DNA of 64,000 bases from Gemmatimonadota bacterium (GTDB taxonomy: Bacteria; Gemmatimonadota; Gemmatimonadetes; Longimicrobiales; Gaopeijiaceae). Of the stretch, positions 57,832 through 64,000 are shown one piece after another (the stretch's first letter is position 1; each line of letters starts with the position of its first letter). The notes under the pieces are model-generated. The model had not been told where the DNA came from and did not search any database. It saw nothing but the letters and a program-made list of their open reading frames with translations. The stretch lies in assembly GCA_039589315.1 (NCBI GenBank), contig JBDHHQ010000014.1, forward strand, positions 1 through 64,000, read 5' to 3'. The position numbers were made by a program, and so were the translations under genes.

Positions 57832-60663
57832 TCATACCCCGACCCCCGGCAGCACCTCTGCCAGATACCTGCCCGTGATGCTCTCCTCGGCGGCGGCGAT
57901 CTCTTCGGGCCGCCCCATGGCTACGACCTCCCCGCCCCGCACTCCGGCCTCGGGCCCCAGGTCGATGATCCAGTCGGCCACCTTCATCACGTCCACGTTG
58001 TGCTCGATCACCACGACGGTGTGGCCGGCGTCGACCAGCCGGTTCAGCACCCGGATCAGCTTCCCGACCTCCTCACCAGACAGGCCGGTCGTGGGCTCGT
58101 CCAGCAGATAGAGCTTCCGTCCCTTCTTGCCGGACGAGCTCGCCAATTCGCGCGCGATCTTGAGCCGCTGGGCCTCGCCGCCAGACAGAGTCGTAGCGGC
58201 TTGTCCCAGCCGGAGGTACCCCAGGCCCACCTGCTGTAGCTGCCAGAGCGTAGATCCCAGGCGGTCCTCCTTCAGGAAGAACCGGATGGCCTCATCCACC
58301 GTTAGCTCCAAGACCTGGGCGATGTTCAGGCCTCGGTACGTGACGTCCAGGGTCTCGCGCTTGTACCGCCGACCCAGGCATGCCTCGCATGGAACGAACA
58401 CATCGGCCATGAAGATCATCTCGATCTCCACGTGACCCGCTCCTTTGCAGACCTCGCAGCGACCTCCCTCGACGTTGAAAGAGAAGTGTCGGGCGTCGAA
58501 GCCCCTGTCCCGTGCCAGGGGTTGTGCCGCGAAGATCTGCCTGACCGCTGCCCACGCCTTGATGTACGTGACGGGATTGGAGCGTGGCGTCCGGCCGATG
58601 GGGGATTGGTCGACGAGCACCACGTCGTCCAGGCGGCCCACGCCCTCCAGCGCTTCGTACCGTCCCACCGCCTCGCCGAGGTGCTCCTTGGCGCTCGTCT
58701 CGCCCGCGCCGAGCTCGCGCTCCAATGCCCGGTAGAGCACGTCGTGGATCAGCGTCGACTTGCCCGACCCCGACACCCCGGTGACCACCGTCATCGTGCC
58801 CAGGGGGATCTCCACGTCCACGTTATCGAGGTTGTGGAGCTCGGCGCCGCGCAGCTCCAGGCGGTAGCCCCGCACGGGCCGCCGACGCGGCGGCACCTCC
58901 ACCTCGCTTTTCCCGGACAGGAAACGCCCGGTGGCCGTATCGGCGTCCTCCAGGTCGGAGGGCGTGCCCTGGAAGACGAGCTGGCCGCCCCGCTCGCCCG
59001 AGGCAGGGCCCAGCTCGACGACGTGGTCCGCCATCTTGATGGACATCGCGTCGTGCTCCACGACGACCACGGTGTTGCCAGCCTCCCGGAGCCGCAGGAG
59101 CAGGTCGATCAGCGATCCGGTGTCCCTGGGGTGTAGCCCGACGGTGGGCTCGTCCAGGACGTACAGCGTGTCCACCAGGCGGGAGCCCAGGGAGTTGGCC
59201 AGGTTGATGCGCTGCGCCTCTCCGCCCGACAGGGTTCGGGTCTGTCGGGCCAGGGTCAGGTACCCCAGGCCCACGTCCACCAAGAAGACCAAACGTGAGC
59301 GCAACTCCCGGACGATCGTCTCGGCGATCTTCGTCTCCATCGGCGAGAGCTCGAGTCGGTGGACCCACTCCTTCAGCTCCTCCAGCGGGATTCCGCTGGC
59401 CTGGGCTACCGTCCAGTCCCCGACCCGGACCCAGAGCGCCTCGGGACGCACCCGGGCCCCACCACAGTCCTCACACACCCTCGGACTCTGATACTGCCGT
59501 AGGAAGACGCGGATGTAGCGCTTGTATCGCTTCCTCTCCCGCGAAACCAGGAACGGGATCACGCCCTGGAACCCGTCGCCTCCGTGGACCACCGCATGCC
59601 GAAAGTCGTCGGGCAGATCCTCCCAGCGGGAGTAGAGCGAAACCCCGCGGTCCAGCGTGAAGGCCCGAAGGAGGTCGCGTTCCTTGTGGTATCGGGGCTT
59701 GGCCCACGGGTCGACGGCCCCGTCGTCGATGGAGCGACGCGGATTGGGGATAATCAGGCCCGGATCGTACTCGAGCGTCGCACCGAAGCCCGTGCAGCGG
59801 GTGCAGGATCCGTAGGGGTTGTTGAAGGAGAACAGCTTGGGGCTCGGCTCCTGGAACTCGACCTCGGGGTGTTCTGGACAGCGAAAATGCTCCGTGAAGC
59901 TCAGGCGCACCGGCTCCCCGCTCTGCGGCGCCGTGATCACGAGGCACTCGCCCTCTCCTTCGGCGAAGCAGGTTCCGATGGAATCCGCAAGGCGGTCTCG
60001 GATTTCGGGGCCTACCCTGAGGCGGTCCACCACCACCAGGCGCTCCTCGGCCTCCGTCAGGTCCGTCCCGAGGGTGGCCGGGTCCTCGGCTCCGGCCGCG
60101 CCGATGTCGACCATCCGGTCGTCACAGAGCACACGGACGAAGCCCAGCGCCCGCAGATTCTCCACCACGAGCTCGTGGGTCACGCGACCGCTCAGCTGAA
60201 GGGGGAAGACCACCTGGATGCGCGCACCGGCGTCGAGGGCCATCACGGCGTCCACCGCCGAGCTCACGGTGTCCGGGAGCACCCACCGGTCACACTCGGG
60301 ACAGTGGGTGTGGCCCACTCGAGCCCAGAGCAGCCGCAGGTAGTCGTACACCTCGGTGGCGGTGCCCACGGTGGACCGAGACGTCTTGGTGGGGTTCCGT
60401 TGCTCGATGGCCACGGCCGGCGCGATGCCATCCACCGAGTCGACGTCCGGTTTCTCCATCCGCTCGAGGAACTGTTTCGCGTAGGTGGACAGCGACTCCA
60501 CGTATCGCCGCTGCCCTTCGGCGAAGAGGGTATCGAGAGCCAACGACGACTTGCCTGATCCCGACGGTCCGGTGACCACGGTCAAGGTTCGCCGCGGGAT
60601 GTCCACGTCGATGTTCTTGAGGTTGTGGAGGCGAGCGCCCCGGATGCGGATGGCGTCCGTCAT
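57832..60663 (-). CDS. uvrA: Excinuclease ABC subunit A
   Basis: GARLHNLKN, Walker A GPSGSGKS and GVSGSGKS, two LSGGEAQR, zinc fingers. Confidence 0.96.
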   Translation of the reverse strand: MTDAIRIRGARLHNLKNIDVDIPRRTLTVVTGPSGSGKSSLALDTLFAEGQRRYVESLSTYAKQFLERMEKPDVDSVDGIAPAVAIEQRNPTKTSRSTVGTATEVYDYLRLLWARVGHTHCPECDRWVLPDTVSSAVDAVMALDAGARIQVVFPLQLSGRVTHELVVENLRALGFVRVLCDDRMVDIGAAGAEDPATLGTDLTEAEERLVVVDRLRVGPEIRDRLADSIGTCFAEGEGECLVITAPQSGEPVRLSFTEHFRCPEHPEVEFQEPSPKLFSFNNPYGSCTRCTGFGATLEYDPGLIIPNPRRSIDDGAVDPWAKPRYHKERDLLRAFTLDRGVSLYSRWEDLPDDFRHAVVHGGDGFQGVIPFLVSRERKRYKRYIRVFLRQYQSPRVCEDCGGARVRPEALWVRVGDWTVAQASGIPLEELKEWVHRLELSPMETKIAETIVRELRSRLVFLVDVGLGYLTLARQTRTLSGGEAQRINLANSLGSRLVDTLYVLDEPTVGLHPRDTGSLIDLLLRLREAGNTVVVVEHDAMSIKMADHVVELGPASGERGGQLVFQGTPSDLEDADTATGRFLSGKSEVEVPPRRRPVRGYRLELRGAELHNLDNVDVEIPLGTMTVVTGVSGSGKSTLIHDVLYRALERELGAGETSAKEHLGEAVGRYEALEGVGRLDDVVLVDQSPIGRTPRSNPVTYIKAWAAVRQIFAAQPLARDRGFDARHFSFNVEGGRCEVCKGAGHVEIEMIFMADVFVPCEACLGRRYKRETLDVTYRGLNIAQVLELTVDEAIRFFLKEDRLGSTLWQLQQVGLGYLRLGQAATTLSGGEAQRLKIARELASSSGKKGRKLYLLDEPTTGLSGEEVGKLIRVLNRLVDAGHTVVVIEHNVDVMKVADWIIDLGPEAGVRGGEVVAMGRPEEIAAAEESITGRYLAEVLPGVGV

Positions 60664-61008
60664 GCGAATCCCGGTACGAAAGAATGCCGGCGCGGGAAGT
60701 GCCCCGAGGACGGCCGCCATCCGTGGCGCCCGTCACGGCCTGCAGTGTAGTTGTGTAGGGGGTTTGCTGCTATTCGCGTGGAAGGCCCCGAACTACTAGC
60801 GGCAGCGTCCGGGCGGCGGTAGCGGCGCGGAGCCGCAGGACCGGCCGGAGGCTCCGTCAGCCGCTGGGTGACCGACCCCATCGACCTCGTCATCCCTCTT
60901 TCGTTTCTTTCGGGTCTTTTCAGCGGGGTCCCGTGGGGGGTACGATGGGTCGGAAACGGGCGCTCCCCGCCTCAGCGCCGTCATCGACCCAGCAACGCAG
61001 GCATCCGC

Positions 61009-64000
61009 ATGCGACCCCGCTCGACCGCGCTCCTGGCGCTCCTCGCGATGGGAGCCCTCCTGGCGCCCGTTGCGCTCTCGGCACAATCCGACCGCCACCC
61101 CGAGGACGGCGGGTACACCTACTCGCTGGGGATGCCGCCGGTCTGGAAGGGCCACGCCGGGGCCATGGCGGGCTGGTACCGCCCCAACGAAGTGGACAGG
61201 CTCAACGTGCTCTTCCACGCCGGCGTAATGCGCGATCTCCTGAGCCCCATCGCCGGCGTCGCCTCGGTGGGTATAGAGGGCTACGGTGGCCTCAGAGGGG
61301 GAGATCAGATGGACGGGGGCGGCCGCGCCCTCTTCGCTATTCCGTCGCTCCACGTCGGGGCCGGAGCCGATTACAACGTCCGAGACGACCACTGGTCGTT
61401 CCTGCTGCGCCTGGAGATCCCGTTCCGCCGTTCGGGCGTCTTCGGACGGGGGACGCAGGTGCGGTTCGACTGGCTCCCCGGCAGGAGCAACACTTTCGCG
61501 GTGGGGATCAACGCGCCGCTTTGGGGCCGGAACATCGGCAAGACCCGACCTCAGAGGGACTCGTTCGAGCTGGAGCAGCCTCCCATCGAACGGGTTTTCT
61601 TGCCCGAGAGTCCCCCGTCCCTGGACGAGTCAGCCGCCAATCTCCGACACAGCGCCCGATGGATGGCACAGCTTTCCATGCCGCTCCTCGACCGCGGCGG
61701 CGCGGATCCCGAGGAGGCCTATGCGGAAGACCTGGTTGAAATCGAGACACACCTCTCCACGACGGATCCGCGGTTTCCGCTGGGGCACACGCTGAACGAA
61801 GAGGTCCGGGTGTTTCACGAGGAGCTGGACCGGGCGTTCTCCCTCGCGGCTGGCGCCCGGGAGTACGGCCCGGGCGAGAGCTCGGCGGAGGGACGCAGGA
61901 TCGCGCAAGAAGCCAGGAGAGTCCTGCTCGACCACATCCTCTTCCCGTACAACCGGCTCCTGGGCCAACGGAAGGCGCACGACGGGCTGGACGAGTTCGC
62001 CGCTTCCGCTCACGCGGAGTTCTCGCGGTGGCTTCTGCCGCGGACCGAGATCCCGGAAGAGTCGTTTTCGCGAGTGTTCTTCGTATTCCAGACCGTCGCG
62101 GACATCGCCGAGGAGATCCGGGAGCTCCAGCTCGAGCGCTGGGAGGACTCTCGCTTCGTCTGGCTGCCGCTGCAGTTGGCCCTGAGACCCGAGGACCACG
62201 ACAGCGAAGCCGAGATCAACGATCTGATCGAACGGGGAACCGGGGAGCGGTTCACCCTGGGGAACCGGGTCTGGTACACGATCAACGAGGAGTTCCAGCT
62301 CGAGTTCGCCCGCACGGTCGGCCTGGCCGAGGACTATCACGTCCTCTGGATCCACGATTACCGGGGGAAGAACAGCGAGAAGAAGCCGGACGAGGTCGGG
62401 TTCGCCCAGACCGTCCGCGTCTACATGGCCACCTTGACCCAGCGGGTGCGCGAGTACGACGAGACGGGGAAGCTCCCCGAGTACTTCATCTTCCTGGACC
62501 AGAACTACTTCGAGGCCAACGACACGCGCCTGTACTTCCGGGTCCTCAGCGATCCGCAGGGCTACGAGCTTGGCCTCCCTGGCGGATACGAGGAGTGGGA
62601 AGAGGAGTTCAGGGCGGCTCAGCAGGCGCTGCGGCAGGCCGTCGCGGAATCGAGGCTCCTTCAATCGGAACGCCGTCAGTACGGCGACGAGTGGCTCGAG
62701 AATCGGATCAAGGTCCACATCAACATCACCAACCCGGTGGACCACTCGTTCCGCAGCCGCCATGTGGCGGGCATCATCCCGGTTCCCGACAACGTCATCC
62801 GGGATCACCGGAAGATCGCGTTCTACGACATCTCTGAAGAGGACCCCTACCGTGGCATGGCCATGTACACGGGCATGGGCATCGGTGAGCACTACGCCGG
62901 CAGGAACTGGGAGGATCGGGCCATCATCGTCAAGGGCCCGTCAGCGCTTTCGGTCAAGGACGCCGCTCGTGAGCTCCTGGAGAGACAGGGCTTCGAACCC
63001 CATGAGATTCCTTTTCCGCTGCGCTTCATCGAAAGGCCGGAGAGCTACGCCACACGGACGGATTCGATGCTCCAGTGGATGGACTCGACGGTCCCCGGCC
63101 ACGACGGTCAGGCGCTCGAGCTCCACAACCTGACCGGCTACGGCGCCAAGCCCATCAACGTGAAGAAGGCCATCATGTACAGCCTCATGCCGGCCGGCTC
63201 CATTCTCAAGGTGCCCGACTCGCTGTGGCAGAGCTACGTGTACGCCTCTCTCCTGACCGGGAGCGCCCTGCGGGGGGCGCGTGTGCTGATCATCGCGCCC
63301 AGTCTCGCTTCCGCTCCCAGCTCGGCCGCCCCCACGATGGCCCGGGCCCACGGCCTGCTCAGCGCCCTGGTGACGTTTCAGAATGCGTTGACCGACGAGA
63401 CCGCGTCCGAGGGAGGCCTCCTCAAGATCGGTCTGTACTCGCCACGGGTCGGCGTGGGAGATCTCGAGGGCCGGATCCGGCAGGCCCAGGAGCTCGAGGA
63501 TCCATGGCTGCGGGACATCTACCCCTTGAACCCCCACATTCGAGCCGCGGTGGACAGCGTCCAGGAAACCCTGCGGCAGGCGGGATACCGGGCGAACTAC
63601 CTCGTGAATGCGGATTCGTCGGCGTCGCCCAAGCTTCACCTCAAGGCCAACTTCTTCATCAGCGGCGAGATTTGGGATCTGCTGCTGCACAGGCCTGAAT
63701 GGGGACCGCTGATCCGGGAATATCTCGAGTACCTGGCACGGCAGACGGGCCCTCTGGAAGATCGGCCGTCGGCCACGGAAGCTCCGGAGGGGCTCAGGCG
63801 CGCCGCCCTGGCCCTCGCCAACGCGGTGAACCGGGATGTCCCACCTGACTTGCGGGACCGCTCCTTCGCCTACTTCACCGTGGGCTCTACGAACATGAAC
63901 TACCGGAGCATGGTGCTGGACGGCGAGGTGGAGATCACGGTGACCGGCTGGGACACCCTCGCTGGTCTCGTGGACTTCATCCTGATCGTGGGGTTGACGG
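61009..64000 (+). CDS. Large secreted phospholipase D-superfamily protein with N-terminal beta-barrel-like domain (runs off window end)
   Basis: Open from ATG 61009 to the end (absent from ORF track because no stop); signal peptide MRPRSTALLALLAMGALLAPVALSA-Q; HRKIAFYD at 62806, HLKANFF at 63637, GSTNMN at 63883; TACGAT -10 candidate at 60941. Confidence 0.85.
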   Translation, partial: MRPRSTALLALLAMGALLAPVALSAQSDRHPEDGGYTYSLGMPPVWKGHAGAMAGWYRPNEVDRLNVLFHAGVMRDLLSPIAGVASVGIEGYGGLRGGDQMDGGGRALFAIPSLHVGAGADYNVRDDHWSFLLRLEIPFRRSGVFGRGTQVRFDWLPGRSNTFAVGINAPLWGRNIGKTRPQRDSFELEQPPIERVFLPESPPSLDESAANLRHSARWMAQLSMPLLDRGGADPEEAYAEDLVEIETHLSTTDPRFPLGHTLNEEVRVFHEELDRAFSLAAGAREYGPGESSAEGRRIAQEARRVLLDHILFPYNRLLGQRKAHDGLDEFAASAHAEFSRWLLPRTEIPEESFSRVFFVFQTVADIAEEIRELQLERWEDSRFVWLPLQLALRPEDHDSEAEINDLIERGTGERFTLGNRVWYTINEEFQLEFARTVGLAEDYHVLWIHDYRGKNSEKKPDEVGFAQTVRVYMATLTQRVREYDETGKLPEYFIFLDQNYFEANDTRLYFRVLSDPQGYELGLPGGYEEWEEEFRAAQQALRQAVAESRLLQSERRQYGDEWLENRIKVHINITNPVDHSFRSRHVAGIIPVPDNVIRDHRKIAFYDISEEDPYRGMAMYTGMGIGEHYAGRNWEDRAIIVKGPSALSVKDAARELLERQGFEPHEIPFPLRFIERPESYATRTDSMLQWMDSTVPGHDGQALELHNLTGYGAKPINVKKAIMYSLMPAGSILKVPDSLWQSYVYASLLTGSALRGARVLIIAPSLASAPSSAAPTMARAHGLLSALVTFQNALTDETASEGGLLKIGLYSPRVGVGDLEGRIRQAQELEDPWLRDIYPLNPHIRAAVDSVQETLRQAGYRANYLVNADSSASPKLHLKANFFISGEIWDLLLHRPEWGPLIREYLEYLARQTGPLEDRPSATEAPEGLRRAALALANAVNRDVPPDLRDRSFAYFTVGSTNMNYRSMVLDGEVEITVTGWDTLAGLVDFILIVGLT

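Noticed and set aside
61630..63690. Minus-strand ORFs of 420 and 249 aa
   Set aside because: Antisense shadows of the long plus-strand PLD gene
1..64000. tRNA, rRNA, integrase, transposase, prophage or defence island
   Set aside because: No cloverleaf, rRNA-like tract or recombinase/phage motifs seen by eye; only vapBC and the HNH remnant are mobile-associated. tRNAscan and Infernal were not run

Overview
High-GC bacterial chromosomal segment (by eye about 70% GC, not computed). Gene content suggests Gemmatimonadota, which is inference only. There are about 55 CDS. I saw no rRNA, tRNA, CRISPR array or intact transposase/integrase. Housekeeping genes: accA-ricT-metG, gyrA (no gyrB), uvrA, pcm, fadJ-like, MocA/XdhC, DsbA-VKOR. 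There are many secreted or lipoprotein peptidases and amidohydrolases. The accessory left end holds a frameshifted DUF222/13E12-type HNH remnant with tandem repeats and a 20-bp palindrome, a vapBC pair, and an ~8.6-kb minus-strand envelope cluster. That cluster encodes five beta-barrel-like OMPs, a lipoprotein alpha-carbonic anhydrase, a pore-divergent TMEM175 channel and a PpiC-type PPIase. Most unusual items: (1) a gene of at least 997 codons, missing from the ORF track, that fuses a putative 8-stranded outer-membrane barrel to a two-HKD phospholipase D domain; (2) the CA/TMEM175/porin cluster; (3) two pairs of secreted M16 peptidase homologues in which all four lack the catalytic HxxEH. Start codons were re-chosen by eye, and family calls come from motif recognition, not database searches.
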